DNA of 64,000 nt from Chrysomallon squamiferum (taxonomy: Eukaryota; Animalia; Mollusca). The notes under the pieces were generated by a model that did no database searches, was not told the DNA's origin, and saw only the letters and a list, made by a program, of their open reading frames with translations. Where the stretch lies: assembly GCA_012295275.1 (NCBI GenBank), contig CM022673.1:23312001-23376000 (forward strand), written 5' to 3'. Below are positions 42,815 through 56,271 of the stretch, in pieces (within the stretch, counting starts at the first letter, position 1; each line of letters starts with the position of its first letter). The translations under genes and the position numbers were made by a program.

Positions 42815-45139
42815 ATTAAGCGGTATTAATAGTAACAGTGATAATACATATTCATATTACAAGATAAATAATTGTCGCCAGTTTGAAATGATTTGATGAC
42901 AGGTAACCATCAGTAAGAGGTGAAAAAACCTCCCACAGGTTGCGGCTGTTACATGCGACTTCAGTTATGACATTAAAAGTGACAAAAAGTAAAAATATGT
43001 ATTGAACTGTTAACAGATATAAAACATGAACAACAGTTTTAAACAATATCATAAGAGAAAAATATCTGTTATCGAGCAGGAAAGCAAGCTTTTTCGTTCC
43101 TGTTTTCTCTCACTGTTATTTATCATCTGGCTGAATGTAAATATGTATTCTATTAGTTTATTAAAAAATAGAAAGAACAAAATTATGAAGCAAGTAACCT
43201 TCGAGCTAATAAAGTATGAATGTATGGATGGTAACAATGGCATTATGATATTGGTTGGAATTGGAAAAAAAAGTGAGAAGTATTTACCCTGCGTTCACTC
43301 ATGTGACCAGATCTTCAACACTCACCAACATTATAACGCTTTCTGCCTTTCATGTTACAGTTATGTTAGGAATACAAAATAACGGTTTGTAGAGAAGATG
43401 TCTATAATTATATTAAACATAAAAAGGCAATGTTGAACTGTTTGTAGGTAACTTTAGAAAATAAAAACATTATCTCTTGCTTTGTGTCTATTTAGCTCTC
43501 TGGCTCCTTCTGTCTCTCTATCTGTCTATCTAACTATTAGTACCCTTATTTCCTGTATAAAAATTAAATTACTCTGAGTTTCATGTTCAAACGGGCTTAC
43601 TTTGACTTCGCGTGATGGTCTTTACTAAAATTCCACATTTCTTTTCTCTCCGCACAGTTGTTAAGTGACGTCTGCTTGCAGCAAATTTCTTTCTTGTCGT
43701 TTTGTAACTGTGATTAATGTTCGTTATTTATAACCACCAGACAGCCGGGAGGAAACGCAGAACCTTCGACAAATTGGACTTAATAGCTTCTGGAAGAAAA
43801 TTCATTGATCCATACAATACTTGGCAATTACGTCAAACTGAGTATTCTTTGGCGCTTATATCCAGTTTTATGAGTAGGAACAGATTGCGGTTAGGCTTGT
43901 ACAACTATGCTTTGGATGAATGGCCCCTTTCGTAATAGGCAGCTGATTAATAATTGGTACTTCAAGGCGGGCCAGCAAGATGTAGTACAGAACTAAGAAC
44001 TAGTTGGTCCAAAACAGAAGAGAAAGAAAAACTGGTAGAAATATAAATGGTTGAACAGATATATATATATATATATGTACATGTGGATAAATAACTACAT
44101 GAATAGGTGGAATGAAATACAGACTAATAGCAGAGTTTAACACAACATAAATAATAATTTTAAAAAACGTCTCCAGATCATAGGATATAGATGAACAGAG
44201 CCTATAGAGCATAGCATATCAAACGAAAATAAAATTATGTTTCGTAAAGACCAGAATATCAGGGGGAAAAACAACAATTAAAAATAAAAATTACCAGTAT
44301 ATGATTACAAACATATATAATCTATGAGTGCGGTAAAGGACGGTATAGATAATGAGAAAAAACTTGCTCTGCAATCTTTTTCTTACTAACAGAAATAGAT
44401 ATTTTATTTCCACGTTCCCTCCCACGAATACCCCTGCTTTTCACAAACGAATCGAAGACTATTGGCCTTGATAATGGAAACACCTAACAGGATCACAGAT
44501 AAGACCCTATCCTGAAATTATCAACCCATTAGTTCTACGCTCTTGCTTTCTTAAACATTTTATTCAGTTAAATATAAGGTATTTTTTAAAGAAAACTATT
44601 TAAAATAAAATCATTAAAATTCAACAATATCATTTTATAAAATAATTTAAAATAATTACAGAGAATCATATTTCTCACTATAACCCAATAATATATATTA
44701 CTATAATCCTTTTTTTTCTTTTCTTTTTTTATTCTCGTTATTTTGAGAGATACTGAATGTTAATATCAGTCATAAACAATATATTTGTAATTTATTTCAT
44801 TATATTTTCAAGTTTGGTAAATATTATAGGTTTTTGTGCGACATAAACGTTAAATATATATATATATATATATATTTCACGCAAACCCGTCTAATAATTT
44901 AGCAGATTATAGAACAAGTAAACTGACGACAGAATCCGAGAACTGCAAACTGATGAAAACAAAAAAGGGAAGAGCAGACTTACAATAGATATAGAAAGAA
45001 GTCTTCTGCTGGTGTAAGTAGCGACCTGCGTATTGATGATATACGTGAACAGTACAAATTAATGAAAGAGCTAGATAAACTGCAGATATACGATCGAATG
45101 ATGAAATGCAAATTGATGATACGACTGAAGAAAGGCAGA

Positions 45140-45360
45140 CTGATAACAGAACTGCAAAAAAGCTAAAAGTTGACAGAACTGAAGAAAAGCTCAGTGATGA
45201 CAGAACTGCAAAAAAAGCTCAAAGTTGATAGAACTGAAAAAAGCTCAAAGTTGACAGAACTGCAAAAAAGCTCAGTGACGACAGAACTGAAGAAAAGCTT
45301 AATGTTGACACAACTGAAGAAAACCAAATGAATGATGGAACTGAAGAAATGCAAACTGAT
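45140..45360. repeat. Degenerate ~27-28-bp minisatellite
   Basis: Repeated aaaagctca(aa)gt(t)gacagaactg(a/c)a units. Confidence 0.75.
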
Positions 45361-46089
45361 AAAAAAAAAAAAAAGAAGAGGGAATACAAATTGATATTAG
45401 ATTTAAAGAAAAGCTAATTGATAATATAACTGAAGAAAGCCAAAGAGATGGTAGAATTTTTAAAAACTCATTTAAAACCAAAGAAATTAATAAAACCCTG
45501 AGACAATTGCAAATTGATGATTAAATAGGAAAAGTGAAAATTCATGACAGAGAATTGGAGAACTGCCAAATGATGATAAAATTAGAAAACTGAAGTTTTC
45601 GATAAACCTGGAGGATTCTCATCTTCACCGAAAACAGCAACTATACATTTTCAGAAGAAAAACAAAATCCTGATACTTATTAAAATCCAAAAAACTGGTA
45701 CAGAAAAGACACTTCTAATTTGTTTGAAAAATTAAACATGATAGAAAACAGAAGATAAAAAATTCCAGAAGAAAAAGAAAGTAGGTTTTCATTTAGATTT
45801 TAAAAATCTTTTATTTGAAGTTATTTGTCAGGTAATATTTGTTGACAACTTTCTCTCGAAATACCATTATCAGATTAGCTGCAGCATTTCTACCACAACA
45901 TTTTTATACTTCTTCATACAAATTGTTTGGCTCGCCCAGAACGACATTTACATCACATATAGTTTGCAACGAAATGATAATAATATATATATAATGTTTT
46001 TAATAAATGATTTTTGATATTAAAGTTGAATAGTGTGTTAATACATACATACTTTACATTTCTTTAAAAAAAAACTAAAAACTAAAAGC

Positions 46090-46144
<55 letters not shown>

Positions 46145-46295
46145 TGATGATGATAACGATAATAATAATAATAATAAATTGCTTTGTTACTAAAAAATGA
46201 AAACTAATGTGAAAATATGAAAACAAATTAAAAATGAAATAACAATGTAGAAATATCGTTTCGTCCCATGATTGTTCATGTTTATTGCTATATAA

Positions 46296-46426
<131 letters not shown>

Positions 46427-47459
46427 AAATGTACGTGCGCGTCAAAACAAAAAAATAATAATAATAATAATAATAATAATTTTTACAATCATATTCACTA
46501 CAAGGATGGCGCTATCCCTTTTTTTGAAATCCTATGTCCACGCATTATGTATATTTGAAATGAAATCACTGTTTATTTGAAGTGATCTTGTACCATTGTT
46601 ATTTATCTTCATTAACACTATTCAGTATTTCTGTCTAGACTGTATATATTTTTATTTTTTATTTCATATTTTTTTTACTTTTATACAGGAATGGTACTGA
46701 ATCAATTAATATAAACTAAAATATGATTTTATTGGTCGATTTTCGTGGGGGTTTTCTTCACAACTTTCTTTAATTTCTGTGAATGTAACCCCGCCTGGCT
46801 TTTTGCCCTAATTCTCTGCCCTTTGTTTGGCCTCTCTTGACATGGAGGTAGCAGACGTCTCGCAGACATTTTCTTTGGCTCCCGTTCAAGATGGCGGGTA
46901 TTCGATTCATTATAGTGTCTGTAATGAGTTCACGAAATCAAGCACCTAGGCTGTCATACAATCCACGTATCAGTTTTGTTAACTCATTGCTAATCACAGT
47001 TTCTTATCTCTGTGAGGATAATTAGATAACGTGGCAAGGTAAATTTCTATATTTGTTTTAATAGTTTGGTAATAATTCTATACAAAGGTAAATTATTAAT
47101 TTTTTTTCCTTTTTAAATAAAAGAATTAGAAATGTTGTTTAAATTTTTTTTTTTTTTTTTTCAAACGTAGCGTCTCTACGAACAAACATATCAAAGCGAA
47201 CGGTAGGTCGATTTCTATATTCTTGTATGTTTTAATAGTTTTGTGAAGATAAATCTTTTGTCTTTTTAAATAAATGATTTTTCCAAATTAATAAAAGTTT
47301 AAAATACAATTAATTTTTAGAAAGATACGAAAATTTTAAACTTAGGTAAAGCACCTGTACCTAATGACGTTTCCATTTTTATATTACAACATATATAAAA
47401 CCATATAAAATTAATATGCGTTAAAAATCTAATAAATGGTATTGTAATATATTAGAAAA

Positions 47460-47503
<44 letters not shown>

Positions 47504-47579
47504 AAAATGTATATAAGAGACATTAAAAACACACAAATGTTTTATTTCAGGTATTTTATATAGAATTATTAGGAAACAT

Positions 47580-47690
47580 TTGTGCTAAAAAGGGACACAT
47601 TATTTCACTAGCCAAAGTTAAAAAAAAACTAAATAAAAAAAATCTAATAAAAGAAAATCGAATTAACATGTCTTTTTCCATGACATTAAA
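47580..47690 (+). repeat. Dispersed repeat, copy 2 (see 34098-34200)
   Basis: Same ~105-bp sequence as 34098-34200, with several substitutions. Confidence 0.75.
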
Positions 47691-47824
47691 ATAAATAATT
47701 AAATAAATAAACAACAAAAGAAAATGTAATGCGTACTGGGGTTGCTATTGTAATTCTGAATTTTAATCCAGCTATCTTTTTGTGTGTTTCTCAGTCTCTC
47801 GGTATAACTGTTTATCTTTACATC

Positions 47825-48125
<301 letters not shown>

Positions 48126-48553
48126 ATCTATATATATATACGACATTTTGAGTAACCAGCAAGTATCTCTGTTTATGTCGTTATTAACACAGATTAACTG
48201 CTGAAATTGTAAAATCAAATTGAACGTTTCATGAAGGACTCCGGTTATACAGAAATTAAAATTTAATTTCAGAAAGGAGAGAACTAGTTTTTAGACTTGA
48301 AGTATCACTTTATTGCAAGAACTATAGTAGTTAATCGAAGACGTCTGCTGGGCGCACTCTAAGTGCAGCGCTTATTGTGTTTGAACTTTCGAAACTTGGC
48401 CAATTATCTCACTTTGTGTATTGGAAGAATCTCTGAAAATCGATAGCGAATAGCGCTTATTAGTCGTAAGATGTAAAAATGAATTTAGAGTAACAAAAAA
48501 ACAGAAGAAAAAAAATTAAGAAGAATGAAATGAAGAGAAAATTTCGAATTATA

Positions 48554-48619
<66 letters not shown>

Positions 48620-50198
48620 TTTTTACAATTCCACAGCAACAAAAGACGTAATTAACTTTTGATCATAAAAACATTATGGCGTTTTAGTATTCATTTAAAT
48701 CTTGATTTCGTTCCTGTGTTTCCTATATAATTTTTTTGTTGTAAAAATCTAGAGGTTTAGAACAAATAAAACGTTCGAGTTTAATATGATGAAGAGTTGC
48801 AAATGCTAAACAAAAATTTTAACTGATCAGAAACGTTTTATAAACTTATTCAGATATACGTCTTATGCGTACGCACGTTTTAAAAACTCGCCTAAAAATA
48901 GACAGGTTATATTATAGCTCGTAATATTATAATATAATAAACAGAATTAATAAACATAGCTGTCCTGAAAGATAGCGAACAAAACATTCTGAAGTACAAA
49001 TACAGGCACACATCACCACAGTCACACGTGTACACAATACATAGATACATTATATACATACATACATACATGCATATATATATATATACATACATACATA
49101 CATACATACATACATACATACATACATACATACATACATACATACATACATACACACGTTCATACATACATATATATGTAAACACATAAATATTCGTTGT
49201 AAAAGGGACAATCATAATGTTAAAAAAGTATGGTATGTTAATATTCTTAATAAAATTCAACTTCAAAATTCTTTCATCATGTGTTTGGTTTTGGATTATT
49301 TTTACTCATATGTGGAATTAGAAATTGTTGCTAATATAAATTAAATAACATGGTTTCACGATAATTTGATTATCGTTATTATCATTTGATGTTCATTGTA
49401 TAATTTTTCTAATTTCATATTTGATTTTGAAAATAATTGATTATTTTTTTCTTTATCTTTTTCACTGGTACCATATACCATAAAAATTAAGTGATATTCG
49501 TGTTTCCCTGAATCCTGATGTGACGATGGAATCTAAACTCCGACTTGTTTTAGGGAAATAAAAATTCAGAGGATGTTGAGCACCACTTTTTTTTATAATG
49601 TTGACATTTCTCATAACAGTTATTAAAATTCTGTCTCTGTTTTCAATGTTTTGAAAATGAGATTTCATAAAATAAAATTATCCAAATCTATATTCCAATT
49701 GGTCACAAACAGAATATGTTTTTGTTTGGACAAATGATGTTTCATGATATATGAAGAGGAAATATGAATTTGGTTATGTTCGGAAAGCTTATACTTGGTC
49801 TTGTTCGCAAACAAATTTTGATATCTAGGTATGTCCATAAATAAATCTCACTTTAGAAACAACAGCAAATATCACGTAGTGACCAAACAGTATTATCGTG
49901 TTTTTCTCACTTGTGATGCTGTTAAAACAAAATTTGTCTTGGACAACAACAAACGTGTTAAAAAATAAATCTTTATCTTTGTTTGTTTTTTCTGAACACA
50001 TTAAAAATTAATTACAAAATTAAATATACCTGCAGAGACACCCATATTCACTTGCTATCAGACATATGAGTATATATATATATATATATATATAATATAA
50101 AACAAGTAATGAATGAATGAAAGAACGAACAATTTACTGATTAACAATTTATATTCGATGTTATTCCGTTTTCTTTAATTTTGTCAGAGAGGATCGAG

Positions 50199-51648
50199 AT
50201 GGAATGTCGTTTGTTGAGCTCGGGCTTTCTGCTTCTGCAAGTTCTGCTTCTGCTAATGGTCGCGCGAGACGCACGTGCTGTACAAAGTTTTAACGTCACC
50301 TTCAGAAACATGACGCGAATTCACCAGCTGCAAGACGTGAAGACCAGGATCCTGACCGGACTCAGGCTCGAAAACATTCCTGTTTTGCCAAAGGGAATTA
50401 AAAAACCTGCCGTGCTGAAAGCCTTGTCTCAGCTCCATGATTCGTCTGCTGTATCTGGTACCCAAAACTACTATCGTCCAGAAAGCATTGCATTCGTTTT
50501 GTTTTCCGAGCCATCAGGTACCTGTTAAGTATTTATTGTTAAAACTGATACAAATGAATGTAGTTCAGTTGCAATTTGCCAGTGAATCATAGGATTAAAA
50601 TAATATTTCTAAATAATATAATAAACAAAATATTAAGAGATCATGAAATATTGTTCAAATTGCTTTGAAAATGAATTGTTCTTGCAGTCCTGAGCAACGT
50701 TATAACAAAAAAGATAAAAGAAAAAAAAAGATATATATATATAAATAAACAATAATACGTGGTCCACAGAATTGTCTTGGCAATCATATTGTCGTGTCAG
50801 ATATAAATATATAATGAATCCTAACCTTTTCTGTATCGTATAATTATATTAATATTTCCCATTTTATAGATGTTGCCAACAATAAGAATATTCTGCAGTT
50901 TCGACTTAACGGACAAAACAATGAAAATTACATCGAAGTTAAAAGCGCAAGTCTTTTCATGCATATAAGAAAAAAGAAAAGGAAATCGAATCGCTTGCGA
51001 AAAAAACAAAGAAAACTGAAAATTTTAATTCATCGCTACGAAAAAACAAACGGGATCTACAAACGAGTTGCTTTAATGAAGTTCAAGGCTACGAAAACGA
51101 AATGGCTGAAGCTGGACTTGCCGAAATGGACAATCGAAAACGACATAAACTCCAGCAACAAGACCATTCGTCTTCGACTGAGTTGCAAAAGATGCACGAA
51201 GACCATATCACTGGATCTTCTTTACAAGAAAAACAAAACGAGGAAGAAGAAGAAGAAGAAGAAGAAGAAAAACAACAGAAACAAATTGTCCAAAAAACGC
51301 AAGTTAAGCAGCACCAGACCATTTCTCGTTATTCACACGGTCCCGGTCGTTCTGTCGCGGGCTGGCCGAAGCGCGAACACTTGCCCGGAAACAGACGACG
51401 CAAAACGATGCTGCGCAATCCCACTGAACGTAGACTTCCGGGAAATTGGCTGGGACAAATGGATAATTTTCCCGTCTGGTTTTACAACGGCTGTCTGCTA
51501 TGGTGACTGTTCGAAAAGCACAACGCCGTCTACCACTTGTACTGCAACATCAATGAAACCGCTATCTGTGTTATACTATAGGCAACACAATGTGATCGTG
51601 CGAACGACAATACCCGATCTTATTTATACGAGTTGTGGATGTCGTTAA
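50199..51648 (+). CDS. Divergent TGF-beta superfamily ligand (activin/myostatin-type cysteine pattern), 2 coding exons
   Basis: Exon 50199-50517 (signal peptide MECRLLSSGFLLLQVLLLLMVARDARA; prodomain helix VKTRILTGLRLENIP) joined in phase 1 to exon 50870-51648. Contains RPFLVIH, a furin-type site RAGR, and the mature domain C...RCC...VDFREIGWDKWIIFPSGF...CYGDC...C...SCGCR. AATAAA at 52078. Confidence 0.92.
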
Positions 51649-51756
51649 CCAAGAATGATTAGTGTATACTAAGCGATACAAAAAGACGCTTTTACATCAG
51701 AAGTAAAGAAAACACAGAAACGTTTCTCCTATTTAAGCCGGCGATATCTAAAGAAA

Positions 51757-51838
<82 letters not shown>

Positions 51839-52998
51839 TATACATTTTATTAGGTTCTTTCTTGTATCACTTAGTACATAAAAATTCTACAACCGTATTT
51901 ACCTCAAGTAAATGAGTGAGGCTGTCAAATAGCAAATATTTTAATTAAGAATACACATCATACTGAACAAAATGTTCGACCACAGGTATATTGAATATCG
52001 GATTATTTATACTCGATGTTATATGAATATTCAAAATATCTTGACATAATAATGTCAGATTATCTGTGTTCATTGTGAATAAAGTTATGTGAAGATTGTT
52101 CCATGATATCGGTCATATTTATTATATATCCCGAATATAAACACAAAATCAAAAACTGAATTATAATATTTTATTATCTTCACTGGATAAATATTCATAT
52201 AGATTTTGTTAAAATATATGGCTTTTTTCAAAAGCAATTATTAACAATAGATATTACATACAGATAGTGAATTACTGAAATAAGATAAAGATATTAGCAT
52301 AATCAGTTGTAGAGATAACAGAAAATTATTGGAGATTTAAGATGTGAATGTTATGATCAGACTTCATACATTGAAAGTATGGTAAACTGCCAACTTGAAC
52401 TGAAATAATGTATAATATTTAGGTTTCTACAGTCAGTCCTAATGCCATTATCTTAACCTTTGTGTTTCTGAACAGAAAAACAAAAGACCCAATACCTTAA
52501 GATAGTAATGGTTATATTATTTATCTACATTCATACTATAAAAAGGTAAAAACAATTTATTGTTTTTATTTTAATTATTTTACAATGTATACCGAGTACC
52601 TGCGTTTGTACGAAAATCAAATAGTTCTTAAGAAATCAAAATTTAATTTGAACAACATATAATAATTACTGTGCGTTTGTGGTTAATAATAAAACCAATA
52701 ATTATCAAAACAGAAATATTTATTAAAGTACCTTTGATGATACGACCAACAGCCGCTATGTATTCTGCATAATACTAAGTTATCATTTTATTGGTTTTTA
52801 TGACAAATCTTAGCTAATAATAAAATAAAACAATAAAACTGAAGAGTTACAAAATGTGTGAACGCCGCCGAAAGTGAGTTAAGTTATTATCTGTACTCGT
52901 TTGAAACAAGTGAAATAATAATTTGGAAATACATCAAATGTTTTCTTTTTTTCTAACCAGTGTTTTTTTCAAACTATACAAACACACGATAATTTAAT

Positions 52999-53236
52999 CT
53001 AACGTCTTTTGCAAGAACAGTATCCAGGAACTGAAAACTTGTCTATAGAGAAAGGCCAGCAACCAGTAGCGAGAATTAATGTCCCAAACTAGCAAGTACG
53101 TCGTTATGTTTTCTATTTCACAGTAACCATTGCAGTAGCCAGCCGAAGGTCTGAAAAAACACAAAAAAACTCAACCATTAATAAGAAGTAGAACGATAAC
53201 AACAACAACATAATTAAAAACAACTACAATAACAGC

Positions 53237-53292
<56 letters not shown>

Positions 53293-53315
53293 TAATAATA
53301 ATAATAATGTTGATG

Positions 53316-53347
<32 letters not shown>

Positions 53348-53725
53348 GAAATGATCACCGTGATAATGTTAATACTAATGTTCATGTTAATGATGACGAT
53401 AATGATGCTATGGCTACAATCATTGTGTTGGGAGTGATGATGATGATGATAACGATGATGATTATAATGAAAAATCAATTTACTTACACACAGTCTGCAT
53501 AACGGACAAACTGATATTTGTTTATACGTGGGAAATGAACGAGTACTTTCGTTTGTCCACGTGTATTCAGAAGGCGAATCGGCTTTTTGTAGAAAACATG
53601 TCTAAAGAAGAAAAAACACATCTAGATCTACAGAGCAATATTTGCAGCTATAGCAATTTAAACCCACAAGTAGCCACACACAAACACACACAGACACGCA
53701 CACGCACACACACAAACACACACAG

Positions 53726-53760
<35 letters not shown>

Positions 53761-54218
53761 CAGTTTCACACAAACACACACATACATGCATTATGAATTA
53801 TAATCGTGGCGATGATAACAACAATGATAGTTATTTGATGCTGACAGTGATCACAAATCCGTAAAATATTTTTTTACTTACGTGGGACAACACCGGTCAC
53901 AGTCGTGACGTTGGCGTTGATGGGATATTGTCCATTCATTTTCAGTCTCTACAGCTTCCTCTGATGACACGAACATTTCAGGGTGTTGTTGCGCAACGGC
54001 TATGTCAGAGGTTTTGTATTTGGCTAGTAAAAGGTGTGGAGATGTCCCAATCTCTGACTCTACCTCTGCTTCTGACTGCAGGTTCAAACTTTGTCCTCTT
54101 TATGGACCATCGGAGAAAACTCTTCTTCTTCATTAACTGCATTTTTCTGGGCATTCGCGTCCCCAGCAATTAGAATTGCAAATAAAATCACACTCGATAC
54201 AGTGGTTAACAGGCACAT
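52999..54218 (-). CDS. Spaetzle-like cystine-knot secreted ligand; two frameshifts (assembly error or pseudogene)
   Basis: Exons 54218-53882, 53601-53488 and 53150-52999; probable non-coding first exon with a GTAAGT donor at 55196. Signal peptide MCLLTTVSSVILFAILIAGDANA, acidic pro-region, RQR, then HDCDRCCPTHVFYKKPIRLLNTRGQTKVLVHFPRINKYQFVRYADCVPSAGYCNGYCEIENITTYLLVWD...PFSIDKFSVPGYCSCKRR*. Needs +1 nt at 54086-54088 and -1 nt within 53055-53085. Confidence 0.72.
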
Positions 54219-54459
54219 CCTCTAAATACGAGAGAGAATAATAAAAAATTATCAAAGTTTATTTTAATTATCATTTATGTGCGTGTGTGTGTGTGTGTGT
54301 GTATTATCGACTATGAAATGATAATAGTATTAATTAGTATGATGTAGTAGCTTATAATCTGATTAATTAATAACAAACAGTAGAATACATGCATACGTAT
54401 TTGATAACTATAGTGGATCACGTTTGTGAATAGAACATCTCTCTAAAACATAATTAGTA

Positions 54460-54740
54460 CAGGTACCGGACCAGTTATCCGGACTCCTTGGTACCAAGGC
54501 ATCTAAATACGTAAATAATTAGACATAAACATTAAAATTAAAGAAAACTGACGATACACAGCTGTGGCGACTCGACACGTAAACAATGCGGCGAGTGAAT
54601 GAACGCCACGCGGCTTGAAAGAGTAGTTTCGGTCTGGTTAGGACCCGCGCGCGCGATCTATGAAAATAGGGTCGGGAAAAAACTTCCGGTTTTCTTGTTA
54701 TTCCGGATTTCAGGACTCCGGATAATTATTCCGGTACCTG
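54460..54740. mobile_element. Tc1/mariner-pogo type MITE in the presumed first intron of the Spaetzle-like gene
   Basis: TA target-site duplication on both sides. ~28-bp TIRs CAGGTACCGGAccagTTATCCGGAcTCC / CAGGTACCGGAataaTTATCCGGAgTCC. 281 bp, no ORF. Confidence 0.85.
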
Positions 54741-56271
54741 TACACACATTAGAGTGTTTCCTTTATCAGTATTAAGTCATTCTGAAACTGATGTAGGGAG
54801 TTAAATTTTTTTTTTTTTAAATAAAAGAAGAAGAAAAGATAAATAGATAATAATAATAATAAATAAATAAATAAATAAGTATAAAATTAAATTAAAAAAT
54901 TAAAAACTAAACAAAAATAATGAATTGTTATCACTTAAATAAGGATTATGATAATAAATAAATAAGTAAATAAGTAAGTAAGTAAGAAAGTAAGTAAATA
55001 AACAAAATTAACATTAAAGGCAAAGAAAAAATACGGTTTTAAAATAGACGCATAATATTAATAAATAAGATTAAAGGAAGAGCCAAAAGACAGTTCAAAC
55101 ACAGAACTAAAAACAAACAGAACAAATAAACAACAGCCACAACAATATACACTATCACATAAACAATGAAACAGTACAGAGAATATAGAGACTTACTTTT
55201 TCAAACAGCTGTGCGTCAGTGTCACTACGACTGTGAGAAGCGTCTCAAAGTGAAATTGTTTTGTACTGGGTTTCTCACCCAGTTGTTCCAGTCACTATTC
55301 TTCACCATTTTTTTTTTTTTTTTCTTCATAGGCGTATCTTTTAAAACGGATACAAAAACTGTATTTTTCTTTTTCTTTGCTTTTACTTTGCCTATAGGTT
55401 TCTCGATTCATTATTCTGTTTGTTGTAATATTCTATTACAGATTTATTTGCAGAGCAAACTTCTGAGTATTGTATAAAAAAAGGACAAAAGAAATAAAGA
55501 CGAAAATATCATGTTTCGTGACGGTTGTTAAGCCAGGTGTGTATGTCTTTGGAAACATTCAATAGAAAAACTACATTTTTAAATTTGTAAGGCTGATTAA
55601 GGAAGATGAATTCCGTGTATTCTGGTACGATATAGTCGTATATAGGATTTATAGAATAGGTGTCTTTATATAACTTTTCAGATGCGTACAGACATACATA
55701 CTCAAATAGAAAGAGAGAAAGATACATACACACAAACACTGATTATCAAGGAAAGTTTTAGAGAAAAGCAAAACGTGAGAAACAACTGATCAGAAAGATT
55801 TTATTTTGTTTAGTAGAGTTGTTTCCCTTCTAATATTTATTAGTTGTGGGGGTGGCTTTGGGGGGCGGTCTTGTTTGAGGGGGAAAATAAAAAATGCAGA
55901 GCAGCTTATCGGAAAAGCAATCTATTGCATGGTGCAAACGCTTAATCTTTGGGGTTTTTTTGTCACTATGATCCTAACTTTAGATTACAAATGTATTATA
56001 TGCTTAATAATAATAATAATAACAACAGCAACAATAACAACAACAACGACGACGACAGAAGCAGCAACAACAACAATAACAATTCAAGGAAAACAAAAGA
56101 GTATATATTTTTTAAATGGTATCTTTAGTTGTCAAGCTGTTAACAGTTAGTGATATTGTAACTGACAAAAATTCATCCATATCTAGTTTAGTGTTTTTTC
56201 TCGCGTTTAAAGATGTCGTTGGATCATCAATTTCTCAAATTCTGAATGTCGACAGTTTCTACGATGAAATT

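Noticed and set aside
51102-51506. 134-aa overlapping ORF with poly-Glu inside the TGF-beta exon
   Set aside because: Alternative frame of the (AAG)n-containing exon with no recognisable features; A-rich sequence explains the scarcity of stops.
51370-51648. Calling the TGF-beta gene a true Lefty orthologue
   Set aside because: It has the extra N-terminal C..CC pair of the activin/myostatin/TGF-beta class and ends at CxCR without Lefty's C-terminal extension; the similarity is limited to shared losses.
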